Assembly: GCA_963702475.1 (NCBI GenBank)
Contig: CAVPCT010000004.1
Coordinates: 192,001 to 256,000 of the forward strand
DNA length: 64,000 nt
Direction of reading: 5' to 3'
Source of the DNA: an uncultured Thermoleophilia bacterium
GTDB lineage: Bacteria > Actinomycetota > Thermoleophilia > UBA2241
Program-made: the position numbers and the translations under genes
The notes under the pieces: generated by a model
The model's input: only the letters and a program-made list of their open reading frames with translations
What the model was told of the DNA's origin: nothing
Databases searched by the model: none
Part shown: one piece after another, positions 1 through 10,160 of the stretch
Position numbering within the stretch: the first letter of the stretch is position 1
Layout of the letters: every line of letters starts with the position of its first letter

Positions 1-125
1 CCGGTGAGGCGCCAGGATGTCCCGTCCAGTTCCGGTGTCTCGCTTCCCGAGCCGCAGCCGACCGCCGCGGCCGCCAGTGCCACAAGACCACACGCCACCA
101 GCACCACACCGAAGACCCGTCTCAT
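1..125 (-). CDS. Lipoprotein, probable META domain (partial; runs off the window start)
   Basis: Manual translation from ATG 125: MRRVFGVVLVACGLVALAAAAVGC-GSGSETPELDGTSWRLT. Lipobox AVGC, and LxGTxWxL is typical of the start of a META domain. Confidence 0.65.
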   Translation of the reverse strand, partial: MRRVFGVVLVACGLVALAAAAVGCGSGSETPELDGTSWRLT

Positions 126-259
126 GATCCCCCCCGCTGTCGACACTGCCGTGCGGAGTCTCTCACAGAGGGGCGGGACGCACTATGCGCCCGTCGTCGA
201 TGCGACGTCTCGCGCACCTTCCGCTGCGCGCGCGGCGCGAGAGGCGCCGCAGTACCTCG

Positions 260-1342
260 TCATCGAGATGCCGGAGGGCTGACCTCGCGCCCCTCCGTGG
301 CGCGCACCACGGCCCAGCGCGCGACCTGCGTCACCAGCAAAACGGCGATCACCCCCGCGATCGTCAGACCGACGCGCTGCCCGGCGGCCTCGAGGGTCCT
401 GTCTCCCCCATACGGCACGACCATCAGGATCATGGCGGGCGTGGTGATGATGGTGTAGATCCAGTAGCCGTGGCCCAGCTCCACCGCCGGATGGGAGAGG
501 CGGTAGCTCCAGGCGACGATGAAGAACGCGAACGCGACGATGGCCGACTGCCAGGTCGCGGTGAGGACGAGGGCGAAACCGGCGGCGATCAGGGAGCCGG
601 CGAGCGATCCGAAGAGACGCTGGGCGCTGCGACGCATCGTGCGCTCGTCGGTGGGCTGCGCCAGCACGACGATGGTGATCATGAGCCACGAGGCCACAGG
701 GCCGCGGTCCCATGCGAGCACAGCGGCCGTACCGACCAGGAGGGTCACCCCAAGAGCGACCGCGTTGACCACGACGTCCGGCCAGCCGACCGGCGGGGAG
801 TGCCGGGGAGCGTGATGGTGGCGGAGCACCAGCCGCAGCACGACGGCTCCGAGAACGCCTCCGACCACGATGGCGAGCGCGATGCCGGCGGCCCCCTGCC
901 ACGACCCCGGCGCGGCGTTGCCCGGCACGTGGACCGGGAAGAACGCGCCCGCGGTGAAGACGGCCAAGGCCATCACCACGGTGCGCCAGCCGACGCGCCC
1001 GCCGAAGGCCATGGCGACGCCGACGAGCGCCATGAGCACGCCGGACTGCCACGGCGAGTGCGTGACCAGGAACGCCGCCCCGCAGAGCGCGGCCTGGACT
1101 GCCACCGCCAGCAGGGCGTCCCGCAGCCGCCCGCGCAGCAGCACGGTGAGGGCACCGATCATGACCCCGGGAGCGGATGCGATGGCCAGCTCCGGAAGAG
1201 CCAGGGCGATGACGACGAGGAGGACCGCGATGAGCGCGAAGAAGAGGAGGAGCTCCCGCGCGACGTGCCAGAAGCTGCGCGGCCCGGGGCGGTGAGCAGG
1301 GCCGGTGGTCTGGGGCTGCGGTTGCGTATCCGTTCCCGTCAC
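260..1342 (-). CDS. FUSC/aromatic-acid-exporter-like integral membrane protein
   Basis: About 10 hydrophobic segments; WLMITIVVLAQP...RSAQRLFGSLAG and C-terminal QRVGLTIAG match the FUSC-2 pattern. Confidence 0.7.
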   Translation of the reverse strand: MTGTDTQPQPQTTGPAHRPGPRSFWHVARELLLFFALIAVLLVVIALALPELAIASAPGVMIGALTVLLRGRLRDALLAVAVQAALCGAAFLVTHSPWQSGVLMALVGVAMAFGGRVGWRTVVMALAVFTAGAFFPVHVPGNAAPGSWQGAAGIALAIVVGGVLGAVVLRLVLRHHHAPRHSPPVGWPDVVVNAVALGVTLLVGTAAVLAWDRGPVASWLMITIVVLAQPTDERTMRRSAQRLFGSLAGSLIAAGFALVLTATWQSAIVAFAFFIVAWSYRLSHPAVELGHGYWIYTIITTPAMILMVVPYGGDRTLEAAGQRVGLTIAGVIAVLLVTQVARWAVVRATEGREVSPPASR

Positions 1343-1468
1343 GAGTCCCTCCGGCCACGGTGGCCGGCGCCAAGGCGCGACGCGCGGCTCTGCGCCTTCC
1401 GGTCCAGCCTATCAAGATGACACCCCGCGGTGCGCCCGTCCGGTCGGCGCGGTAGGCTACAGAGGGCC

Positions 1469-2458
1469 ATGAGCGTCGGCGACCTCGACAACGACACCGC
1501 GCAGCACACCGGGCACTCCCCCGAGCACCTGCTGCCGCCCAAGGCCGCTCTCGAGGAGCGGATCCGGCGGCAGCGGACGGCCGCGCTCCTCGTCAACACG
1601 CACTCCCGGCGCGGCCGCGACCTCTTCGAGGCCACGATCCGGCTGCTCGCCGCCGAGGGATACCGCGTCTCGGCGGCGTTCCCGGTGCACGACATCGGGT
1701 CCCTCGGCGCCGCCATCGAGCACGCCGTCGCCAGCGGGTCCTCGCTCGTTGTGGTGGGGAGCGGCGACGGCACCGTCAGCGAGGTGGTCGGCCACCTCGC
1801 CTACCGCGACGTCGCCCTGGGCCTCCTGCCGCTGGGCACCACCAACAACTTCGCCCGCAATCTCGGCCTGCCGTTCTCGCTGGAGCAGGCCGTGCGGGTC
1901 ATCACCCGCGGCAAGGTCGTCGACATCGACCTCGGCAAGGTGGACGACCACTACTTCGCCAACGTCGCCAGCATCGGTGTGTCGGTGGAGGTGGCCCGCA
2001 ACGTCTCCGCGCGTCTCAAGCGCGTGGTCGGGCGCCCGGCCTACACCGTCGCGGGCGCCCGCGCGTTCGTGAGCCACGAGCCGTTCCGCGCCGTCCTACG
2101 CACGCCGCATGCGCGCCACGAGTTCCACACCCACCAGCTCGTCGTGGCCAACGGCGGCTATCACGGGGGGCGCATCATCGCGCACGGGGCCAGCGTCGAG
2201 GACCGGGAGCTGACCATCTTCCCCCTCGGCGACCACCGCCGGTCGCGGTTCGTCGCCGGCCTCGCGGCCTACGCCTACGGTCGCCGCAAGTACGTGGCCG
2301 ACGGCGACTTCATCAGCACGCCGGAGGCGGTGATCGAGTGTGACCCGCCGCGCCTCGTTGAGATCGACGGCGAGATCCAGGCCATCACGCCCATCACCGT
2401 GTCGGTCGCCCGGCAGGCCCTGCGCATCATGGCGCCGCAGGACTTCGAGGATCTCTGA
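1469..2458 (+). CDS. YegS/Rv2252/BmrU-family diacylglycerol/lipid kinase
   Basis: Motifs VNTHSRRG, GSGDGT, LPLGTTNNFAR, EIDGE; a TAGGCT -10-like box lies just upstream of ATG 1469. Confidence 0.9.
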   Translation: MSVGDLDNDTAQHTGHSPEHLLPPKAALEERIRRQRTAALLVNTHSRRGRDLFEATIRLLAAEGYRVSAAFPVHDIGSLGAAIEHAVASGSSLVVVGSGDGTVSEVVGHLAYRDVALGLLPLGTTNNFARNLGLPFSLEQAVRVITRGKVVDIDLGKVDDHYFANVASIGVSVEVARNVSARLKRVVGRPAYTVAGARAFVSHEPFRAVLRTPHARHEFHTHQLVVANGGYHGGRIIAHGASVEDRELTIFPLGDHRRSRFVAGLAAYAYGRRKYVADGDFISTPEAVIECDPPRLVEIDGEIQAITPITVSVARQALRIMAPQDFEDL

Positions 2459-2479
2459 GCTTCACGACAGCCCGGCGAG

Positions 2480-3642
2480 TCAGAGCAGCGCGCCGATCAG
2501 CTCTCGCGCGCGTGCCATCGACTCCTTGTTGACCTGTGAGTAGGTCGCCCGCAGCACGTTCGAAGAGGAGTGTCCGAGCATGTGTGAGAGCTCCTCGTCG
2601 GGGATGAGCCCTCGGAGCAGCGTCGCGTAGGTGTGCCGGCAGACGTAAGGCGACTTGCCGGCGAACGGCGTGCCGGCGAGCTCGCGCTTCACGCCTGCCG
2701 GAACGCTTGGACCGTCCACGGCCCGCCCGGGTACTTGCGGCGGTCGAGCGAGGGGAACACCAGGTCCTCGTCCTGCCAGCGCTCGACCCCGAGGCGGAAG
2801 GCGTGCTGCTCCGAGCGGTGCCTGTCGAGCATGACGACCACGTCCGGCGGCAGCGGCACGACGCGCTGTCCGCGCCTGGTCTTCAGGTCCTTGAGCCGCG
2901 CCGCCTGCCCGCCGACCTTCTCCAGCGACCGGTGGATCCACGCCGTCTGCCTGGCGTGGTCTACGTTTCTCCAGTGCAGCGCCAGCGCCTCACCTGGGCG
3001 CACTCCGGTGCCCAGAAGAAAGGCGGCCACGCTCCTGACCGCGCGTCCCCTCGGAGTAGCGGAGAATGCCTCGAGAAGCGCGCGGACGTCGTCGGCCGTC
3101 AGCACCTTCTTCTCCGGTGTGTCGACGGACGGAGCCTTGACGGCCAGGCAGGGATTCCACGCGATGAGTCCGTCGACCGCCGCCTGAGAGAGGATCGCGG
3201 AGAGGCGGACGGCGACCTCGCGTGCGCTCGTGCCGGAAAGGCCCTTGCGCACGCGGCCGTCAGACAGCTGCCGGTCTGCCCGGATCTCGCCGTAGAAGCG
3301 GCGCACCACCGCCGGGGTGATGTCGCTGAGGCGCATCTTGCCGAGGCGCGGCACGATGTGTGTGTCGATGACGTGGGCCCAGTGGTCGGCCGTCTTGGGC
3401 TGCGGCTTCATGTCGCGGATGGCACCCTCGTACCACTCCCTGCAGTAGACGGCGAACTCGCCCGTGGCCCGGAAGTCGAGCTTGCCGTGATCGCGCGAGT
3501 GAAGAAGCTCGCGCTCAGCGTGCCCGGCCTCCGCCTCCCTGCCCTGGACCGTCTTCCTGACGGACGGCCGGGAGCCGTCGGGCCGTCGGGGCCGCCTGGG
3601 CCTGACTCGGTGCAGATGCTTGCCACGTTTGTGAACGCTCAT
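2480..3642 (-). pseudogene. Tyrosine recombinase/integrase, frameshifted
   Basis: N-terminal SAM-like region and catalytic R (GTGVRPGEALAL) and K (DLKT) lie in one frame ending TGA 2689-2691. YVCRHTYAT, MLGHS and ATY lie in another frame (ORF 2480..2941). Adding one G (GCG TGA AG to GCG TGG AAG) joins them. Confidence 0.9.
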
Positions 3643-3816
3643 GGCGTCCAAGGTAGTGCCTCTCCGGGCGGAGGTGGTCCAATGTGAACCTCGGTCCGCG
3701 AAGGCACTCGCTACCCTCCGTTTCATCACTGCAGGTGACGAATAAGCCGTTACTTTCTCCAGAGAATCTGACCAAACAGCCTTGCCTTTCTTCCTATTTC
3801 GCTTCAGGATGGGCTC

Positions 3817-5142
3817 ATGCGCAGATTCGTGCAAGAGCGGCTCCTCTCCTGGAAGGACGCGTCGGACCGACACCCGTTGCTCGTGCGCGGCGCGCGCCAG
3901 GTGGGAAAGACCTGGTCGATCATCGACTTCGGGCGGGCGTCCTTCCCGGGAGCCGTCCACGTGGTCGACTTCGAGCAACGCCCCGCCGCGCGCGACTTCT
4001 TCCAAGGCGACCTCGATCCGCGCAGGGTACTGACCGGGCTCGAACTGCTGCTCGGTGCCCCGGTAAGGCCCGGCCGCGACCTCCTGTTCCTTGACGAGAT
4101 CCAGGCGTGTCCACGTGCGCTCGTCGCGCTGCGCTACTTCTACGAGCAGATGCCCGAGCTCCACGTGATCGCAGCTGGCTCCCTGGTGGAGTTCGCTCTC
4201 GCCGAGATCTCCTTCCCCGTTGGCCGCATCGACTACGTGACCATGCGACCCATGACGTTCGTCGAGTACCTGTGGGCGATCGGCAACGAAGTCATGGCCG
4301 AGGTCGTCCTCGACGGCCCGCGCGCTCAACCCGAGACTACGCACACGCTCGTGCTCGAGGAGCTGCGCCGCTACTTCTACGTCGGTGGCATGCCAGCGGC
4401 GGTGAGCGCCTACGTTGCGGGCCTCAGTCTGCAGACGGCCTTCGCTCGTCAGGACGCCCTGGTGCAAAGCTACCGCGACGACTTCGGCAAGTACGCATCG
4501 AAAGCTTCCAGGCGCTGCCTGGACGAGGTGCTCGTCTCCACGGCCCGGAGCGTCGGCAAGCCGGTCAAGTACGCGCGGCTGGCCCCCGGCTTCAGAAGCG
4601 ACGTGGTCCACACGGCCTTCGACCTGCTCGCAAGAGCAGGTCTGCTGCGCTCGGTACCCACGACCAGCCCGGCTGGGCTGCCGCTGGCACTCTCAGCCAA
4701 CCATAGGCGGTTCAAGGCGCAGCTCCTCGACGTCGGACTTCTTCAGCGCCTCTCGGGGATGCCCGCCGACGCAGAGTACGGCAAGGGGAGTCTTCTGGCG
4801 ATGTACGCAGGCGCACTGGCCGAGCAGTTCGTGGGACAGGAGCTCGTGGCTTCGCTGGGCGACGAGATCTACTGCTGGTTGCGCCCGCAGAAGGGCAGCT
4901 CGGCCGAGGTCGACTTCGTGGTCGCCGCCGATGGCCGCGTAGTCCCCATCGAGGTGAAGAGCGGACCATCCGGTCGACTGCGAAGCATGCACCTGCTGCT
5001 GGAGGAGTACCCGAAGTGCGTGCCCGGCCTGGTGCTTTCTGAGGCACCCTACGCTGAGCTGCCCGAGCAGGGTCTGGTCTTCGTCCCGTTGTACTACGCC
5101 GGGACGCTCTTCGCAGGAAGCTGCGCGTACTGCGTCACGTGA
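3817..5142 (+). CDS. AAA+ ATPase (AAA_14) with DUF4143 / PD-(D/E)XK-like C-terminus
   Basis: Walker A GARQVGKT, Walker B LLFLDEIQ, YVGGMP, and C-terminal EVDFVV...PIEVKS. Confidence 0.9.
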   Translation: MRRFVQERLLSWKDASDRHPLLVRGARQVGKTWSIIDFGRASFPGAVHVVDFEQRPAARDFFQGDLDPRRVLTGLELLLGAPVRPGRDLLFLDEIQACPRALVALRYFYEQMPELHVIAAGSLVEFALAEISFPVGRIDYVTMRPMTFVEYLWAIGNEVMAEVVLDGPRAQPETTHTLVLEELRRYFYVGGMPAAVSAYVAGLSLQTAFARQDALVQSYRDDFGKYASKASRRCLDEVLVSTARSVGKPVKYARLAPGFRSDVVHTAFDLLARAGLLRSVPTTSPAGLPLALSANHRRFKAQLLDVGLLQRLSGMPADAEYGKGSLLAMYAGALAEQFVGQELVASLGDEIYCWLRPQKGSSAEVDFVVAADGRVVPIEVKSGPSGRLRSMHLLLEEYPKCVPGLVLSEAPYAELPEQGLVFVPLYYAGTLFAGSCAYCVT

Positions 5143-5190
5143 CACAGGTCACGTAGACGTTGGGTCACGCCGGCCGGAGACCCGGGCATA

Positions 5191-5287
5191 CGGACAGCGA
5201 AGCGGACAGCGACGGCACAAACGGACAGCGGAGCGCGCGGATCACACGGATCGAGCGGATTGCGCACACAGCGGACAGAGGACAGCG
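5191..5287 (+). repeat. Five direct copies of CGGACAGCG (candidate integrase arm-type sites)
   Basis: Exact at 5191, 5203 and 5222; one-mismatch copies at 5272 (CGGACAGAG) and 5279 (AGGACAGCG). Confidence 0.7.
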
Positions 5288-5296
5288 GAAGGACCG

Positions 5297-5371
5297 TGGT
5301 GGGCGATGCTGGATTTGAACCAGCGACTCCCTGCTTGTAAGGCAGGTGCTCTACCCCTGAGCTAATCGCCC
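5297..5371 (-). tRNA. tRNA-Val(TAC)
   Basis: GGGCGATTAGCTCAGGGGTAGAGCACCTGCCTTACAAGCAGGGAGTCGCTGGTTCAAATCCAGCATCGCCCACCA: full cloverleaf, anticodon loop CTTACAA, encoded CCA; TATACT -10 at 5383-5388. Confidence 0.97.
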
Positions 5372-5688
5372 GTGGAGCTGGAAGTATACGACGGCGCCAT
5401 ACCTCCGCGCGGGCCGACGTCAAGCCCAGACACAGATGCGGAAAGGGCGGGCGCCCCTCCGGCCGCCCGCCCCTCAGTCCACCGCTCCTCCAGAGCCGAT
5501 CCCGGCTGTCACCTGGCTGTGGGCCGATTCGCAGACCCGCCGACCGCAGACCCGCGCGGCCAAGTCGACTGGGGGGCGCCGGGGCTCGATTCACGCCACG
5601 CGTTCAGCACGCGTCCGACGTTGGGCGTCCCCCCCTGGGGCATGTTGTTCCGGAGGTTGTGCAGACGCCAGGCGCGATCCGGAGTCTG

Positions 5689-5727
5689 GCGCGGCGGGCG
5701 GCGGCCCTTCGGCTCCGCCCGCCGCGC
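5689..5727 (-). terminator. GC-rich hairpin after the secreted Ig-like protein gene
   Basis: GCGCGGCGGGCGG pairs with CCGCCCGCCGCGC, about 20 nt past the stop; no U-tract. Confidence 0.5.
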
Positions 5728-5746
5728 TCGGCCGGTCAGCCAGGCC

Positions 5747-7003
5747 TCACTTCACGGTCAGCTTGGCCTGGGCCACGTTCTCCTGAGTGTTGCCGGCCAA
5801 GTCGGTGGCGTAGACGTACCAGGTGTAGGTGCCCTTCTTGAGGTTGCACTTGAAGCTCGCGGTCTGGCTCTCGTTCACCTGCACGTCGTCCTTGGTGACC
5901 GTCTTGGCCGTTGAGCCGTTGCCGCGCTTGATCTTGATCACGACGTCCGCGGTGGGACTCAGGCCGGCCGGCTCGCCGATGCGGTACTTGAGCTTGGCCG
6001 TCTTGCCCTTCTTGACGCTGACGTTACCCAGCGCCTCGGTCTCGGGCTTCGTCGTGTCGATCTTGACGGTCGCCTGGGCCGTGCCCACCTTGTTGCACCA
6101 GTCGAGCGCCTGGACCGAGACCTGGACAGCTCCCTGGCTGGCGATCGGCACGGTGTACGACGAGCCGTCCGTCCACGCGGCGACGCCTGGCGGCGCCATG
6201 TACTGGATCTTCTGCACGCCGGACTGCGAATCGGATGCGGTGAACGTCAGCGCCACCGGGCTGTTGTGCCAGGCGTCATCCGCGCCGTTGATGGTCACCG
6301 TCGGCGTAGTGGTCTCCGGCGCCACTGTGATCGGCAGACCCCCGGCGCTCGATGTCCCCGGAGGGAAGGGCGGATTCCTCACGGTGACCATCAGGGTGGG
6401 TACCGGAGCGGCCATATGGGCCGGGGTGAGCGGGACGGTGAGCTGCGTGGCGCTCACGAACGCGGTGCTGGTCGTCTCGCCCCCGTTGATCACGATGCGG
6501 GAGCCGCTCACGAAGTTGGTGCCGGTGACGGTGAGGACGACGTCGGTCCTCACGCAGCCGGCCCAGACCGAGGTGGGGTTGATGGTCCCCATGGTGGGGG
6601 GTGGGGCGGCGGTGACGGTGAACGCGTTTCCGAGAGTGGTCTGGTCCTTGGTCCAGAACTGGACGTTGTACAGCTTGTGACTCTGCGTGGCTTTGAGCTC
6701 GTAGGTCCCTTCAGGGGCGGAGGACGGCAGAGAGAACGTGACGTTGGCTCTGCCGGAGTCCCAGCTGTCGGTGGTGCCGGAGACCGTCGTCGCCCCCTTG
6801 ACAAGTTCGAACGAGGGCTTCTCCGCCTCGAACACGATGTTGTTGGTATAGAACGTGCCCTCGACCGTGCAGGCGACTGACTGCCCGCGGGCGCCTGAGG
6901 AGGGAGTGACGCTCGTGACGGCGATCTCGGCCAGCGCCGCCGGCGCACAGAGCGCCATCACCGCCATCACGCAGACGCTCAGGAACAAGAACCGCCTTCC
7001 CAT
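5747..7003 (-). CDS. Secreted protein with IPT/TIG and Ig-like domains
   Basis: Signal peptide (ALA-E); IPT-like repeats VTSVTPSSG and TINPTSV...LTVTGTNFVSGS; DTTKP/ATDLAGN Ig-like C-terminal domain. Confidence 0.8.
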   Translation of the reverse strand: MGRRFLFLSVCVMAVMALCAPAALAEIAVTSVTPSSGARGQSVACTVEGTFYTNNIVFEAEKPSFELVKGATTVSGTTDSWDSGRANVTFSLPSSAPEGTYELKATQSHKLYNVQFWTKDQTTLGNAFTVTAAPPPTMGTINPTSVWAGCVRTDVVLTVTGTNFVSGSRIVINGGETTSTAFVSATQLTVPLTPAHMAAPVPTLMVTVRNPPFPPGTSSAGGLPITVAPETTTPTVTINGADDAWHNSPVALTFTASDSQSGVQKIQYMAPPGVAAWTDGSSYTVPIASQGAVQVSVQALDWCNKVGTAQATVKIDTTKPETEALGNVSVKKGKTAKLKYRIGEPAGLSPTADVVIKIKRGNGSTAKTVTKDDVQVNESQTASFKCNLKKGTYTWYVYATDLAGNTQENVAQAKLTVK

Positions 7004-7096
7004 GACCCCTCCTCACGCTGCCGCTCGGTGGACGAGGCGGAATGGCGCGGGGGTGCCGCGGATGCGATCCCGCCTCGAAGTGGTGCCTACACCGTC

Positions 7097-7123
7097 CTAT
7101 CGACAACAACGGGGAATCCTGTA
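7097..7123 (-). promoter_or_regulatory. sigma28/WhiG-type promoter
   Basis: TACA-N15-GTCGATAG on the minus strand, about 95 nt upstream of ATG 7003 (consensus TAAA-N15/16-GCCGATAA). Confidence 0.5.
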
Positions 7124-7326
7124 GTCCACGAGCTCAGTGTCGCCTGGAGACCCTCGACCATCCCGCGGAGTCTGCCCTGCGCCGAGGGCGTGGCCCTCTG
7201 CCAATAGGCGGACGCCGGCCGGGACGGGCTCGGCCGGCCGGACGTGGAGGCGCTACGGAGGACTGGGGCCGCGGCGAAAACCCTCTTGAAGGGCGCACCG
7301 TGAGGGGACGCCGCGTCGCCCTCGCC

Positions 7327-7818
7327 TCAGGGAAGCCGGAGGCCGCCCGCAAAGATGACCACGAGCACCAGGTTGACCACGACAAGGGCGCCGATGATGA
7401 CCAGGACGACCCGCTTGAGGAAGACCGTCCTCGCCGAGGTCTGCCCCGAAGCGCCGCTGGAGGCCCTGGATCCCACCCAGGCCCGTGCTCCCGGGTTCGC
7501 CCAGACGAGCTTGCCTTGCCGCTCGTAGTCCATGATGCGCCCGGGCGGAACGGGTCCGTCGCCCTCGAGCACGAACCGGCCGCCGACCCACATGATGTCC
7601 GCACCCGCACACTCCGGGGTCGGCCTGAAGGTGGCGATCTGCTGCGGCGCCTCCCGACCGGGTGGACGGGCACCGGCGCCCATCCGCGACGAAGAAGGAC
7701 CGGGAGCCCGGCCGGCCGTGGGGCCGGCCGGGCTCCCGGTCACATGCGCGCCCGCGTGCGCCAGAGGCGGAGGGGGAGCAGCAGGATGCTCCTCGGAAAA
7801 GTCCTCCGCGCCCCTCAT
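7327..7818 (-). CDS. Hypothetical protein with C-terminal TM helix, last gene of the pilin operon
   Basis: ATG 7818 overlaps the pilX-like stop (TGATG); Pro/Ala linker, small globular region, C-terminal hydrophobic helix. Confidence 0.6.
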   Translation of the reverse strand: MRGAEDFSEEHPAAPPPPLAHAGAHVTGSPAGPTAGRAPGPSSSRMGAGARPPGREAPQQIATFRPTPECAGADIMWVGGRFVLEGDGPVPPGRIMDYERQGKLVWANPGARAWVGSRASSGASGQTSARTVFLKRVVLVIIGALVVVNLVLVVIFAGGLRLP

Positions 7819-10150
7819 CAGTCCACCGGCAGCTGCTGCCAAGAGCCGGGCACCGTCTGCGTCACGGTCGTCGTCGTCTTCAGCGACGAGGTGGAGATGG
7901 AGCCGACGACCGTCTGGTTGTAGGCGATGGAGCAGTAGTCCTGGAGGACGATGTCGCTCTGCGACATGGTGGTCGTGACCGTGGGGTCGTACGGGCAACC
8001 GGCGAACACCGCGCCTTCGACGGTGCGGATGCTGGAGTTCGTCTGGCCCGAGAACCTGATGGTGGACTCGTTGATGACCATGAGGCCGTAGTACGTGCCC
8101 GTGCTCTGCCAGTCCACGACCTGCGGATAGATGCCGTTGTTGTCACACATGAAGAAGTAGACCATGGGGCGGGTCCGCGAGCCGAAGGTGATGTTGCCGG
8201 ACGTCGTCGTCTTCTCGGTCGTGCACAACAACACGCAGAGGACGGAGGAGGCCCCTGTGCTCTGGAAGATCACGCTGTCCGTGGAGTTCCCGGGCACCCA
8301 GACGTTGCCGTACTCGTCGGCGTAGGTGCCGCTGCGGGTGAACTTGCGCCCGAGCCACATGGGCTTCGGCTGGGCCGCCTCCGAGTTGGGGTCGGCCTGA
8401 AGCGTGTAGTCGCGGGAGGTCACCGAGGCCGTGCCGCTCCACTGGATCGTGCCGCGGTTCTTCGTCGGGTCGGAGGTGCTGCTGATGGCGTTCACGTACA
8501 CCTGGCCGAGCCAGTCCTTGATCGCGGAGGAGGCTCCACTGATGGTGAAGTCGCCGTACGCCGTCACGCCGGTCGCCTTGACGATCACGTTCCCCGCGAA
8601 CCTGAGCGTTGTGACCGAGGTGCTCCCGGCGCCGCTCGCGTAGATGAGGCCGAACGTATCGGTGATCGTCCCACTGGAGGGGCCGTTGAGCGTGATGTTG
8701 CGGCCGGCGTACAGGGACGAGGCCACGTCGAGTGTCACAAGGGCGGTAGACGAGGGTGACGATCCACCGACCGGTACGGTGAAATCCAGGGCCACGTAGA
8801 TCTGCGGGATGGTGTGGGTGACGGTCGTGCTGGTCCTGTTGTTGAGACTGAGACTGCCGCGGCAGTACACGGCCGCGGCTGAGAGGTTCACGCGGTCATA
8901 GATCGTGCTCGTGCCGGTGCCGTTCACGTACAGGGTGTTGGTGATCGTGTCGGTCACGGTGGAGCTCGTCGGCCCGGTGATGGTGAGCGTGCCGCCAACG
9001 TAGAGCGACGTGGCGCTGAACGTGATCCGCCCGGTGATGGTGAGGTTGCCGGCCACGTACAGGTTCCTGAACGCGTACGTGCGCGCCGAAGAGCTGCTCA
9101 GCGTCATGTTCCCGCCGTTCGTGGCGGCCGTCTGATACAGGTCGGCCGTGGCGGTGTAGCTCCCTGCCTGAATGGTGGTCAGCAGGGTCGAGTCGATCTG
9201 CGTCCACGTGCCCGCGTCGTAAGACCACGACGTCGGAGCCGTGGGAGCGGTCGCCGGCGTCTTGCCGGCCTGCGCCTCGTTGGCGAGACTCGCCTGCGCC
9301 GCCTGGTCGAAGTAGTCGCTCAAGAAGCCGATGGTCTCAGGGGCGATGGTGACGTCGCTGTAGGTCCTCCCCCCCGCGGTGAGGGTGTGGGTGGGCGCGG
9401 AGGTCGCGTAGGTGTTGGGGACGCCGGCCGAGCCGTTGGCCCGGATGCCGAGCGACTGCGTGTTCGATCCCGGCGCGGCGAGGTTGCTGGTGGAGTTGAG
9501 GGTGAACCTTCCGACCTCGGCGCGGCTGGGCACCATGGATGACATCGACGGGGTCCAGGTGCCCCCCGCCGAGATGGCAGTGACGAACGGCGCGCCGCTG
9601 TTGTCAGGCGTGCCGTCGGCGTTGACGGCGTAGATGTCGCTGTACTCCTCCAGCTTGATGCCGGTGTCGCTGTAGGTCACGGCCTTGGGCAGCGCGGCCG
9701 CGAACGGCAGAGTGATCTGCTGGATGAGCACGCGCGCTCTGGTCGTCTTGTTCTGGTAGTCGCACGTAGCCTCGACCCACATCCTCCTGTCCAGATTCGA
9801 ATCCCACGTCCTGCTGGTCTCGATGCTCGCGATGTTGTCGTAGTAGAGGTACGTGACAGCCGCGCCGGGGGGAACTCGCTGTTGAACGCCGCGGCGAGGG
9901 CGGCGTCGGTGAGCCACGGCGTGGCGGGCGACGCCGTCGGCATGGGGCTCGCTACCTTCGTCATCTGGACGGCCGAGTCCAGAGCGCCCTCACCGGCGTA
10001 GAGGGACTGCGTGCGGGAGCGCACATCGGCGGTCGCCCCCTGCTGGTTCGCGACCACGAAGACGAGCATGGCGCAGGTGATCGCCAGGGTCGCCATGATG
10101 CCAATCAGCATGATGAGGGCAGCCCCCTGCTGGCACGAGTACCGCTGCAT
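7818..10150 (-). pseudogene. PilX-like large pilus-associated protein, split by a -1 frameshift at a G6 run (9867-9872)
   Basis: QQG|AALIMLIG prepilin-like start without E5, followed by SLYAGEGALDSA (PilX N-terminal pattern). A long Thr/Ser/Gly-rich beta-structured region follows in the adjacent frame; one extra C gives ...EFPPGAAVTYLYY. Confidence 0.75.
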
Positions 10151-10160
10151 CGTGGTCCTC

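Larger units (their letters stand above)
2480..5296. mobile_element. Remnant of a tRNA-Val-integrated island (integrase pseudogene + AAA/DUF4143 gene + att-arm-like repeats)
   Basis: Integrase is co-oriented with and downstream of the tRNA 3' end, with short direct repeats beside the tRNA. No second copy of the tRNA 3' end was seen, so the left boundary is uncertain. Confidence 0.6.

Noticed and set aside
2689-2691. TGA in the integrase (and at 23787 in EamA) as selenocysteine or read-through
   Set aside because: Homology continues in a different frame, so these are frameshifts rather than in-frame stops.
3643-4611. N-terminal extension of the integrase ORF (640 aa call)
   Set aside because: Antisense to the AAA ATPase; the integrase-like sequence begins at ATG 3642.
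5191-5287. Mini-CRISPR array
   Set aside because: Repeats are 9 nt with irregular short spacing and no cas genes; no CRISPR array was seen anywhere in the window.
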